This document shows positions 53,060-64,000 of a stretch of 64,000 nt of DNA, piece after piece. Origin of the DNA: Octopus sinensis (Eukaryota); assembly GCF_006345805.1 (NCBI RefSeq), contig NC_043010.1, positions 39,618,001-39,682,000 of the forward strand. The letters are read 5' to 3'. The notes below the pieces were generated by a model that saw only the letters and a program-made list of their open reading frames with translations, searched no databases and was not told where the DNA came from. Position numbers and translations under genes: made by a program. The stretch's first letter is position 1. The number at the start of each line of letters is the position of its first letter.

Positions 53060-53930
53060 TTACAAAGACGGTTTTCCATGTCGTGCATACACCCGAGCGT
53101 GGGTATCAAGTTAGCCTAAATATTATCAGACGGAGAATATTTAGAATGTCTCAGAAATCTACATTGTGCCACAAATAGATTCGATTTGGAGAATCCATGT
53201 CAGTGTCTTCTGCTCTCCGTTCGAAAACTGTAGCAATTCTAGGTTTTTTGTGAAAATTAGTAGGTACATAGATTAAAGTACCTATGAATGGTATGATGGT
53301 AAGTACAAATAAGAAATTATAGTTAGAATACGGCTGAAATTGTTCCCCGTCCCACAGAACAGCATTAGCCCTGTTATCTTTGCACTGAATTGCTCCCTTT
53401 ATTGAAGTCTACCACGACTATCCATTGTTTTTTCCTTTTTTTCGAAAGATAAATACATGCTGGTTCTGACTTGTTTTTGATGCCAGCGCAATCTGTCTTG
53501 TGGATAGCATTGTAAATAGTCTTTGCTACTCTCTCTTGCCTCGGTGACCGATAGTATCACGTAGACATTTTGAGGCAGTTGCTAATGATGTGAGTGATAC
53601 TTTATACATTGGTACAGCAGAGCTGACATTTTCTATCTCTTAGTCTCTCTTTTTTATCAGGTATTCACTAGCTATCATCTGTTCCTGGATAGTGAAGGTA
53701 TATCACTCTAGGTGGGAGATAATGAATCTATCAGTAAAGGCTACTCTTCCTTTTGATACTGTTGTTATCCTCTAGGTTACGGGATATGTACCCAGGTATT
53801 GTTTTTCATTGTATTATGGCATCTTTTCTTTATGTAGACACGGCCAGTCACTTTTGGGTGTATAAGGAGGTCGCATTCTCGGAGGACCTGCACAGTAAAT
53901 GCTCTCTAAATATGAAGATGTTCTCACTTT
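53060..53930 (-). pseudogene. R4/Dong-like RLE non-LTR retrotransposon, 3' fragment
   Basis: FTIQEQMI, KCQLC..ITHIISNC..MST*YY..VAKTIYNAI, KDNRANAVLWD, LQIESICGT then UTR. Confidence 0.75.
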
Positions 53931-53986
53931 TGAGTATCATGGAATGTACTCATTTCTTCCTTTAGTGTTGAGCAGATGTATTGCCG

Positions 53987-54084
53987 ATGGATGGATGGAT
54001 GGATGGATGGATGGATGGATGGATGGATGGATGGATGGATGGATGGATGGATGGATGGATGGATGGATGGATGGATGGATGGAT
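53987..54084 (+). repeat. (GGAT)n microsatellite
   Basis: Direct inspection. Confidence 0.95.
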
Positions 54085-55246
54085 ATATGACTGGCGTTTG
54101 TAGCACGTACAAATACCCAGCTTTATTAGTTATATTCAACCTATAGTTTTGGTCTGAGTTTTAAGAAAATATCAAACATTAGTATTCTATGGCCTAAATG
54201 TAAATTTTCCTACTGAAAAAAAAAAAAAAACACCAAACCACAGTCCTAATTTTGATTTAATTTTACACTGCAAACCTGAAACTATTTTGTAAATGTCTTA
54301 TTCTTGGAAGAATAGAATTAATCGATTGATTGATTTATCACTTACGTGGGAAAGAAAAGTGTAAATTATAGTCGAGTATAGCGCAACAGTTGCAGAAGTA
54401 TCACAAAAGCGTTTCATTCTGTCACTTTGATTTATAAACTCGATGTGCCTTTCGAACTTATATGTTGGATATTCAGATTTGTGTATAAGATTCAAGACTA
54501 TGCAAGTCTTTGGAAAGTAGCATTTGCTTTTCCTGCACATAACGTTCTCATTGTTTTTTTTTGTTTTTTTTTTCGTTTTTTAATAAATGCAGTTTTAAAA
54601 CGAATTAGTAGTTGATAAACTCATTTCAAAATTTATTTGCCGTTTACTTTTTTTGCTTTAAATCAAATGTCAAGCGGGATCTAGCAAACATTCAATCACA
54701 GTCGTTGCAGCTGTGACAAGCCTGACGTTCCGGTGGAAATCTAGAACTATATTAACCGAATTTGTGATTCGAATCTTCTAGTTTGCGTAGGTGGAATATT
54801 AGAGAGTTAAGATCAAGAGGTCTAACAGATATAGTGGACGCGGAGAGATTACATTGATGTATTAGTGAGTATCAAAAACTACATCATTTCATATACAATA
54901 TTAATACCCTAAAACTTATATTTCATGAGTATCCCACTCGAAACTCAATTTCTAAGATTGTACTGTAATTAAATGCTGTAGTTCATTCCGGCTGGTCTAC
55001 CGACAACAGGTCAGTAGCGTTACTTAGTTTTAGGGTAACAGCAAATACGTCTTGAGTTCACATTGAATGTTAACGTACTAAAAATATAATTCAATGTAAA
55101 ATTTCTACTAATTTTAGAAAAGGTACCTACTAGTATTTCCATGTCATCAAAACTATCATCTTTTATAATTAGTTGTGGACGATAATTTTCAGGGAGGAAA
55201 AGCAATTGCATTCTAGTTAGTGTGCGTGCATATATATATATATTAT

Positions 55247-55301
<55 letters not shown>

Positions 55302-55621
55302 TGTGCATGTGCGTGTGTGTGTGTGTATGTGTATGCGTGTATATGTATATATGTATGTTATCTATCTATCTGTGTATATATACATATATATATACGTATG
55401 TATATATCTGTATATATATATATATATATCGACCCCAATACTTTTTCAACCTAGTAGGTATTCTAACAGTTCTTTTTACTGAAACACTTAGTTAATTAAC
55501 GTAAACAAATCGACACCTGTTTTGAAGCGCTTTTGGAGGAAAATCATACCAAGACACAACCATATATTTATAGATACGAAAGAATTCTTTCAGTTCCTGG
55601 CTGCAAAATTCATTCACATGC

Positions 55622-55710
55622 TTTAGTCGTCCGGGGGCTATAGTAGCGGACACTTGCCCAAGATATCAACGAAATTAAACCGTGGACCAAGTGGTTGGGA
55701 AGCGACGCAG
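55622..55710 (-). mobile_element. SINE family A core fragment
   Basis: GGGCTATAGTAGCGGACACTTGCCCAAGAT. Confidence 0.6.
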
Positions 55711-56236
55711 TCAGGCCTTTAAATATATATTATCTTACATTATTTCTGGTTAGTCTTCCCTCTGTTGTTCTATTAAGTTATTGATTATATAAAAATTCAA
55801 ACTACAGAATGACATAAACATTTCGGATGTAAGTTTCCGTATGGTATAAATGCTTTCGCCCTTCTCGGTTTTGCAGACACACATATTATGCGGAAAATGG
55901 ATAATCTGCATGGAAAAGTTTGCTTTATGTAGGAATGTTCATGATTTCTGATTGAGAATTGTCACGATGTAATTATGCTCTTGACTTTCATTGTTGATTG
56001 TTTTATTCTCTTACTTAGAAGAACAGGAATATCTTTAATTCTCCATTTGTACAAATTTCTACATGAAACGTTTAAATATCTACACATAACATGCAGATAC
56101 ATACACGCAAATACACGCATATATGTACAGGTGTGTATGGGTGTGATGTGTGTAGAGAGAGAGAGAGGGAGGGAGGGAGGGAGAGAGACAGATGTGCATG
56201 TACAAATACATATATGTAAATTTATATATATATATA

Positions 56237-56564
56237 TAAAGTATAGAAGCCATCTTAACATGGCTAACCACATAGGGGAGGGGGTGTTACTGTAGCTTTA
56301 TAGCCCCAAGAGATCGTCGTCTCCAGCTGGCTTTAGACACCATTTCAGTGCCCTTGAAGTATTTGCAAAGGGAGGCCATCCCTTCCTAGTCCGGGCGTAT
56401 CACTCAGGCTTGCGAGGAAGGGATGGCCTCCCTTTGCAAATACTTCAAGGGCACTGAATGATGTCTAACGCCAGCTGGAGACGACGATCTCTTGGGGCTA
56501 TAAAGCTACAGTAACACCCCCTCTCCTATGTGGTTAGCCATGTTAAGATGGCTTCTATACTTTA
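56237..56564. repeat. 328-bp fold-back, ~150-bp arms, 27-nt loop, adjoining (TA)n
   Basis: Arms 56237-56387 and 56415-56564 differ at about 4 positions. Confidence 0.93.
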
Positions 56565-56955
56565 CATTATCGAGCGATTACTGTTTCAATCTCATTCTGA
56601 GATTTAATAATGCTATATATATATATAAATATCTATGTATCTATATGTGTGTATGTGTTTTGCCCGCGCGTATCTCTGCATGTGTGTGTGTGTGTGTTTG
56701 TCTGTCTGTCTGTATTTAATGTGCACTTAGCAGAGTAACTCAGAAATGATGTGTTTTCGTAATCAACCTTTTTAGTTATATTATCATAAATGCCCAAACA
56801 AAAATATTTCAGTCATTAAATTACGTAACCCGCATGCCTGTCTCCTCCCTATTGAAGAACACGTAATTGGCAGTAGAATTTCCTGTACAGGAAATCTTAT
56901 GATATTTTATTTATTGAAAACAGATGGCAATGTATCAATATTTACAGTGCTATTA

Positions 56956-57370
56956 GGGCGGCGAGCTGGCAGAAACGTTAGCACACCGGGTGAAATGCTT
57001 AGCAGTATTTCGTCTGCCGCTACGTTCTGAGTTTAAATTCCGCCGCGGTCCACTTTGCCTTTCATCCTTTCGGGGTCGATTAAATAAGTACCAGTTATGC
57101 ACTGGGGTCGATGTAATCGACTTAATCCGTTTGCCCGTCCTTGTTAGTCCTCTCTGTGTTTAGCCCCTTGTGGGTAGTAAAGAAATAGGTATTTCGTCTG
57201 CGGCTACATTCTGAGTTCAAATTCCGCCGAGGCCCACTTTACCTGTCATCCTTTCGGGGTCGATAAATTCAGTACCAGTTACGCACTGGGGTCGATGTAA
57301 TCGACTTAATCCGTTTGTCTGTCCTTGTTTGTCCCATCTATGTTTAACCCCTTGTGGGCAGTAAAGAAGT
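56956..57370 (+). mobile_element. SINE family B head-to-tail dimer (56956-57187 full, 57188-57370 5'-truncated)
   Basis: Head GGCGGCGAGCTGGCAGAAACGTTAG; central GCCTTTCATCCTTTCGGGGTCGAT..AAGTACCAG resembles the Meta/MESC SINE domain (recall). Confidence 0.9.
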
Positions 57371-57600
57371 AAATAAAGAAGCAGAGACCGCTATCAATTA
57401 TTTACTCTGTGTTCTATATTTATTGGTCTGTTCGCATTGATACATTCAAGGTACGTGGGCTCAGATCACTAAATAGATATATTTATGTGGATTAGAAGAA
57501 AAAACACATCAAAAACTATTAATGGAAATTAATATAATTTTGGGCTTGTGGTGAAAATTCGGTGGAATGTGTAAAATTAATAAACTTATTGGAAGTACAA

Positions 57601-57820
57601 TACGATGGGTGCTGAAAAATTCATGGCTTTAAGGGTATCACGAATGGCCTGGTTTCAGGCCTAAATTTATGTGTTCTTTTACAGGGCTTGCAAAAACTGA
57701 AGAATCGCTGCAATAAGCGAGCAAATCTGGGAGGAGGAATACGTGGTATAATATTATAATGAATTGATCCTCTTGTATCTCCTTTTACACAAAGACAGGA
57801 ACTTTTCAACATCCCACGTC
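57601..57820 (+). mobile_element. Mariner-derived MITE
   Basis: TIR-like GGGTGCTGAAAAATTC / GAACTTTTCAACATCCC; retains transposase C-terminus QGLQKLKNRCNK..LGG. Confidence 0.72.
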
Positions 57821-58242
57821 GGTGTGATTGGATATTAGGAGAATGTTAAAGAGTAGACGGTTTAGATTTTGTAAGCGTTTTAGTCCTGATTTCAGCTGCT
57901 ATTGTACACGAGGGAAAAATAATTGTCTTGAAAAACTCTTTGAAAATGTACAACAACTAGAGACAAAAAGAATTTGCGAAAGCTAAAATTGTTTTCACAA
58001 TTTAGAGTTCAAAAAATCTGAAAGCGATTCTCTCTATATTCAGACCATAGTAATTGATTATTATCTGAAAGATTATTCATAAAGAACGACTTTCTTGATA
58101 GCCTGGCTTTTTGTGAACGAAAATTCCGAAAGAGCTATTGTTAACTTACATGAACACGGAAAGACTATCGATCTGTTTTCATTATACACATGTAAGAGAA
58201 TGTGAGGATGTGGCTGCAAGTATATTATTATTATTATTATTA

Positions 58243-58275
<33 letters not shown>

Positions 58276-58307
58276 CACCATCATCATCATCATCATTATC
58301 ACTAACG

Positions 58308-58555
58308 TGGCAAGCTGGCCGAATAGTTTGCATACCGGGCCAAATGCTTAGCGGTATTTCGTCCTTTCGTAGTAGAAATGATTATTGTGGCTTTCCGTCT
58401 GTCGCCACCTTCTGAGTTCAAATTCCGCCAATGTTGATTTTGCCTTTCATACTCTCGGGATCGGTAAATTAAGTAGCAGTGAGACACTAGGATCCAGGAA
58501 ATCAACTAGTCCCTTCTCCCCAAATTTCAGGCTTTGTGCCTAAAATAGAAAGGAT
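58308..58555 (+). mobile_element. SINE family B, diverged
   Basis: GCAAGCTGGCCGAATAGTT..TTCTGAGTTCAAATTCCGCC..TGCCTTTCATACTCTCGGGATCGGTAAA. Confidence 0.75.
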
Positions 58556-58586
58556 TATCATAATAATAATAATAATTATTATTATT

Positions 58587-58832
58587 ATTGTTATATTTCG
58601 GAATGGTCATTTTGCCAGTTTAGCCAATAAAAACACACGCACTATATATTTGGTGTTATTTTGCTTCATTGTTATTTATTTTTTACATTAATGTTAATCT
58701 TATTTCGGCCAGAGTTCTTTCGTCACACTCCTGTAAAAAATAAATAACAATGAAGCAAAATAACACCAAATATATAGTGCGTATGTTTTTATTGGCTAAA
58801 CTGGCAAAATGACCATTCCGAAATATAACAAT
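58587..58832. repeat. 246-bp fold-back, ~100-bp arms, 44-nt loop
   Basis: Arms 58587-58687 and 58732-58832; loop has GGCCGAAA on minus strand. Confidence 0.92.
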
Positions 58833-58895
58833 ATCTATTCAACACACGACTTCACATAAACAATCTTGCACAACAAATATTTAATAATAATAATG

Positions 58896-58930
<35 letters not shown>

Positions 58931-58931
58931 T

Positions 58932-58972
<41 letters not shown>

Positions 58973-59069
58973 ATCATTATTATTATTGTTGTTGTTGTTG
59001 TTGTTATCATCATCGTAATTATTATTTAGCTAGTAAGTGCAAATTTAATTAGCAAAGATGCTATCTTGA

Positions 59070-59420
59070 TGTTTAGTGATAACAAGTCCTATCAAATCTC
59101 AAGAACTGTCGTTTTGGCAGAATATAGGAAGGCATTTCTTTCCAGCTCGACAATGGGAGTCTCAATTCCAATTTCACCCACACTCTTTGATATCATTTTG
59201 GGTGTTGTGTTGAATACACCAATAACCGCAGAAATGATGGTTGTTTTAGTCTTGTACAGTCTCATCAGCTCTTGTGACTAGATCCTTATATTTATCTATT
59301 TTGACAATTTCTTCGGTACCGCCTCTGTTATCATAGGAAATTACACCATTTATTTTGTTCTCTCCTTTCCAGCAAGTCCTACAGTTGCGGTCTCATTGAC
59401 GTTTGTAGATTTGCCTTTGA
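59070..59420 (-). pseudogene. R4/Dong-like RLE C-terminal fragment between (ATT)n tracts
   Basis: KIDKYKDL / ELMRLYKTKTTIISAVIGVFNTTPK..ELERNAFLYSAK..VL*. Confidence 0.6.
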
Positions 59421-59511
59421 TAGACTCATTCTATTTGCTGATTCCCCAGCGGCCATATTTAGCCTAAGAGAAATCATCAGCATCCTCGTCAACATTATTA
59501 TTATTATTATT

Positions 59512-60068
59512 GAGTTAGAGAGCAGTGCATGCCAACAAAATGATACTGGGGTAAAATATACAAAGCCCAGTATACCCATCATGACTACCCGTCTGATAAG
59601 GGTACACTAGGCACATGCATCACAACCATATGTGCGCGACATGGTGAACTCATATCAAGATAAACAGCACATGACCTTGCAGGTGGGGCCCAGTTAGAAT
59701 TTTGTTCTGGTCGAGTAGCCCATCCCGCTCAAAAGGTCCCTGAATAAGGGTTGTTTAAGGATGTTGAAAGAAACACCCCTGTTTCCAAAGGTGAATTATT
59801 CAAACCCCAAAGAATCCCTCTAAACACATGGCTATGATGCTCCCCCACTACTTCTGCTCGTGATCAGAGATGCACATATCGTCAGCCACTAAGGGACATG
59901 CTCAACTGGTTAAGGTCAAACAACTGACAAGCTAATCTGTGGTATTGAGCAGAATATTTGCTGTAGCCCATCTTTTATACCAAGACAAAACAATGTACAT
60001 GATAACACTTGCAATCAGTTAAGATCAGAAGCCATGAGAGCCACTGCCTGGTACTGCATCAGGGCATT
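59512..60068 (+). mobile_element. Element D in (ATT)n
   Basis: Same ends as other copies; (ATT)n both sides. Confidence 0.9.
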
Positions 60069-60294
60069 ATTATTATTATTATTATTATTATTGTTATTAT
60101 CATTATTATTATCATTATTGATATTATTATTATTATCGTTATTATTATTATACTTGTCAGAGTGCTCGATCATGTTTGCTTTCGTAGATTCTGTGAGAGC
60201 GGACAGAATTCTGCTGTCAGAGGTCTCACACGGTTATTATTATTATTATTATTATTTTATAATCATCATCATTATCATTATTTTATAATCATCA

Positions 60295-60327
<33 letters not shown>

Positions 60328-60358
60328 GTATTAGTAGTAGTAGTAGTAGTAGTAGTAC

Positions 60359-60402
<44 letters not shown>

Positions 60403-60544
60403 TTTGGTAAGAGATACAGATGTTATGGGCTTCGTTACATATTAAGCACACACGCACACGCAAACACACACACACATACACACAACTTACTGTGTGACTT
60501 ATTCCCGTAGGTGTCATTAACGTGTGTATGTTTATATATATTTA

Positions 60545-60579
<35 letters not shown>

Positions 60580-61370
60580 GTTAGTATGCCAGTCCGTCTT
60601 ATGCGTTGTAAATGCGTGGGTTTAACGTAACTGTCTTCCGCCCACGTTTTTCTATGCATGTGCGTTTGAGCTCTGATGCGTGTTTGCGCACGCGCTTTTT
60701 GCTGTTTGTTTCTGTATACGTGGGCTTCATGTGTATAATAACCACCATTATTGATTACTCGTAGCACGCAGAAAATTAATTAACTTGTCTTGATAATAAA
60801 CGTTAATTGACAAAATGTTGTTTAATTTTACTAGCTTCAACCGAAAAGTGCGTAATTGCAATATTTAGTACTTTGAAATACCTTCTAATCTATAATGTAC
60901 TACAAATGCCTAAACAAACATAAGTTATTAATAGAAACTGGGAAGACAAATATAAAAACAACTTTCATAGCGGAGTGTTTTATCGTAAAGAAATAAATTA
61001 TTGCTTTTGGTAAAACTAGAAGAGATAAGTTGATCCCGCATATATCAGCTCGCCTCAAAATAAATGTCAAAGCATATGATTTGTGTGTATTTTTTCTTTC
61101 CTTTTCTATTTGCTTTCTATCTTGTGTAGACCGTAGCTGTACTATAATTATGTTATCTTCCTTTGTTTTGCTCGACTCTCTCGTAACAAAAGGAGAGAAA
61201 TGATATCATTCTTTATTTTAAGCGAGGCCGCACATGATAAAGATGATGCGTGTCTCTCTGTGTGTGTTTGTGTAAATACTAACACAAATATGTATAAATT
61301 ATATATGCATACACATATACATACCTATCCATATATATATATATATATGTATATGCATATACATACATAC

Positions 61371-61436
<66 letters not shown>

Positions 61437-61461
61437 TTAGTATGTGACCTCGTCTGTATCA

Positions 61462-61646
61462 CTAGCGATTTTTTCCCCTGTCTTCCCTTCTTGGGATCTT
61501 TCCTTCTCCTATGTTTCCGACGAATAGAACCGCTCGAAACGTCAAACGCTCCTTCTTCCCTTCTTTCCTGAGCGTCCAATAATACTTTATTTGTTCCACG
61601 TCCTTGCGTTGTTGTTTTTTGTTTTTGTTTTCTTGTTTGGATTAAC
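61462..61646 (+). mobile_element. pLTR-like repeat with minimal hammerhead (U4 mutated)
   Basis: GTTT-CCGACGA-ATAGAACCGCTC-GAAAC-GTC-AAAC at 61513-61547; homologous to 40683-40862. Confidence 0.7.
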
Positions 61647-61691
61647 TTTATATATATATATATATTATATATATACATACATATTATTACG

Positions 61692-62045
61692 GCATCCGTC
61701 GGTTTCAACGACGAGGGTTCTAGCTGATCCAATCAACGGAACAGCTTGTTCATGAAATTCATGTGCAAGTGGCTGAGTACTCCACAGACATGTGTACCCT
61801 TAACGTATTTTCTCGGGAAGACTCAGCGTGACACGGAGTGTGACAAGGCTGGCCCCTTTGAAATAGAGGTACAATAGAAACAGGAAGAAAGTGTGAGAGA
61901 AAGTTGCGGTGAAAGAGTACAGCAGTGTTGGCCACCCCCACCCACCCTGCGGAACCTCGTGGACGTAAGGGTGTTTTCGTTTAATACGCTTTGTCTGGGA
62001 ATCGAAATCGCAATCCTACGACCGCGAGTCGCTGCCCTAACCCTA
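61692..62045 (-). mobile_element. SINE family C, full length
   Basis: Matches 4765 copy; head GGGAATCGAAATCGCAATCCTACGACCGCGAGTC. Confidence 0.88.
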
Positions 62046-62062
62046 TATGAGAAATATATTCA

Positions 62063-62230
62063 GCGCAAGCATGGCTGTGTGCCAAGAATTTTGCTTCCCA
62101 ACCGGATTCTTCCGGGTTCATTCCCATTGCGTTGCACCTTGGGCAAATGACTTTTAGTATGGTCCAGGTCAACTCAAAGCATGGTGAATGAGTTTAGTAG
62201 ACGGAAACTGAAAGAAGCTTGTCGTAAATA
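62063..62230 (+). mobile_element. SINE family A, 5' half, diverged
   Basis: GCATGGCTGTGTGCCAAG..CACCTTGGGCAAATG..TAGACGGAAACTGAAAGAAGC. Confidence 0.75.
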
Positions 62231-62275
62231 TACGTACATATATATATATGTTTGTGTGTGTGTGTGTGTGTGTGT

Positions 62276-62850
62276 AACGCATAACCTGCAGTTACTTGTT
62301 ATGTTTCTTTTCGTTATATGTTTTGGGTAATTTCAGTTGGTATGGCTCTGATCATGTGTTGCAATTAAAAATCCTTCAGTGCTGGGATTTTTCTCTGTTT
62401 ATTTCTTTTGCATTTATTTTAGCCCAGTATTTGCCATGAAGGGGCTTTTCTTGCAATCGTTTTATCAAGGTCCGTTGCTTTCTAGTTGTAGATTGGATTT
62501 CATTTGTTTTATACCTTTTGTTGTTGTTTCTTCTTTTTCTTCATAGTTGTTAGGTAGTATGAATTCTTGGTTGTATTTGTTAGCTTCCTTAAAAACCGAA
62601 AACAGATTTTTGTTTTGCTCGTGCTTTGTGGCTATTTGTATTAGTTTTCCTTGCTTCTGAAGTAGGTATTTTTGAAGTCCTATGGTGGTTATCTTATAAT
62701 AGTTTGCAGATGTATCAGGCCTCTACAACCTTCTATACGTTGTATATATAGTCTTTCTAAGTCAGATTTTGCGGTGTGCAACCTAGATCCTGTCATTGTT
62801 TTCCTTGTTTTCCTGTCTATTTTGGTGATTTAAGGATAACTAATAACAAT
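62276..62850 (-). pseudogene. R4/Dong-like RT thumb to zinc-knuckle fragment
   Basis: IDRKTRKTMT..KSDLERLYIQRIEGCRGL, KPLHGKYW, TEGFLIATHDQ, SNCRLC; abuts (ATT)n near 62870. Confidence 0.8.
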
Positions 62851-62872
62851 ACAATACTCAGTTAAGGATATT

Positions 62873-62903
<31 letters not shown>

Positions 62904-62940
62904 CATTGTTGTTGTTGCTGTTGTTGTTGTTATTGTTATA

Positions 62941-63095
62941 GGCGATCTGCCCCTTCATTCAGAGTTAAAATTTCGCCGAGGTCGACTTTAACTTTCACCC
63001 TTTCCGAGTCAATGAAATCAGTACCAGTTAATTACTGGAGTCCATGTAATCGACTCTCCCCCACTCTCTAAAATTTCAGGCCTTGCATCTGTAAT
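62941..63095 (+). mobile_element. SINE family B, diverged
   Basis: AATTTCGCCGAGGTCGACTTTAACTTTCACCCTTTCCGAGTCAATGAAATCAGTACCAG. Confidence 0.75.
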
Positions 63096-63104
63096 AGAAA
63101 GGAT

Positions 63105-63129
63105 TATTATCATCATCATCATCAGTATG

Positions 63130-63171
<42 letters not shown>

Positions 63172-63220
63172 GTTGTTGTTGTTATTGTCATTATCATTAT
63201 TATTATTATCATTATTACCA

Positions 63221-63251
<31 letters not shown>

Positions 63252-63423
63252 CATTATTATCATTATTATTATTATTATCATTATTATTATTATCATTATC
63301 ATTATTATTATTATCATTATTATTATCATCATTATTATTATTATTGTTATTATGATTATTATTATTAATATTATTATCATTATTATTATTATGATCATTA
63401 TTATTATTATTATTATTATTATT
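63105..63423 (+). repeat. (ATT/ATC/GTT)n compound microsatellite
   Basis: Direct inspection. Confidence 0.95.
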
Positions 63424-64000
63424 AGTTTCGGGCCTTGGAGTTTTCTGTTATCAATAGTATATTTCATATTGCTCTATGTTAATCTTTAATTGTACCGAGG
63501 CTCCTTTGAGAGTTAGAAAAAGCTATTCTCAGTGTCAGAATATAAAAAAAATCTTTCCAAGCCACATGTTTTTTAAACACGTCATATAACAATCTAGAAC
63601 AGTGACTTTCACATTTTTCTGACAGATTATGAGATTCTGTTCACTTGCGAGTGCTAAGAAAATAGTGATTTATACGCAAAGGTTACCGAGAAGATATAAT
63701 TTCTTGAAATTAATTGAAACAGCTGACCTTACTAAATATATTTATGATACAGTAGTTCAAAATTAATTTATATAAAACGATTTGTCACATTGACAGAATT
63801 TCAAAATTTATAGGCAAAGATTACAGTCGATTGAGTTATCCACGGTATGTGGCTATTAATTATGTTATTGATTCAAGATGAAAAGAAAATAGAAATAACG
63901 TCAAATCTGATAAGGTTGGAACTAACTATTTAGATGGATAATTCACAGTCCGTCTGCGTATATAGTCACTCGTTAAGCAGTTTCTTCAATAGCAACGGTC

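Overview
AT-rich, microsatellite-saturated animal genomic DNA with no recognisable intact host gene. The SINE families and repeat style point to an octopus/coleoid cephalopod (inference). Almost all long ORFs in the track are translations of (TA)n, (TG)n, (ATT)n and (GATA)n repeats. Content: three families of tRNA-headed SINEs (~30 copies or fragments), a TIR-bounded decayed mariner plus two mariner MITEs, Helitron-like and piggyBac-like ends, three R4/Dong-like RLE retrotransposon fragments, a ~555-bp element found only inside (ATT)n tracts, and a decayed intronless USP (peptidase C19) frame. Most notable is a set of fold-back elements next to or inside (TA)n, several with hammerhead-ribozyme (HHR) folds. 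The best (18.06-19.56 kb) has two ~435-bp inverted arms, each with a type I HHR, around a stop-free GIY-YIG endonuclease ORF with no reverse transcriptase. All identities and alignments were judged by eye, not computed.
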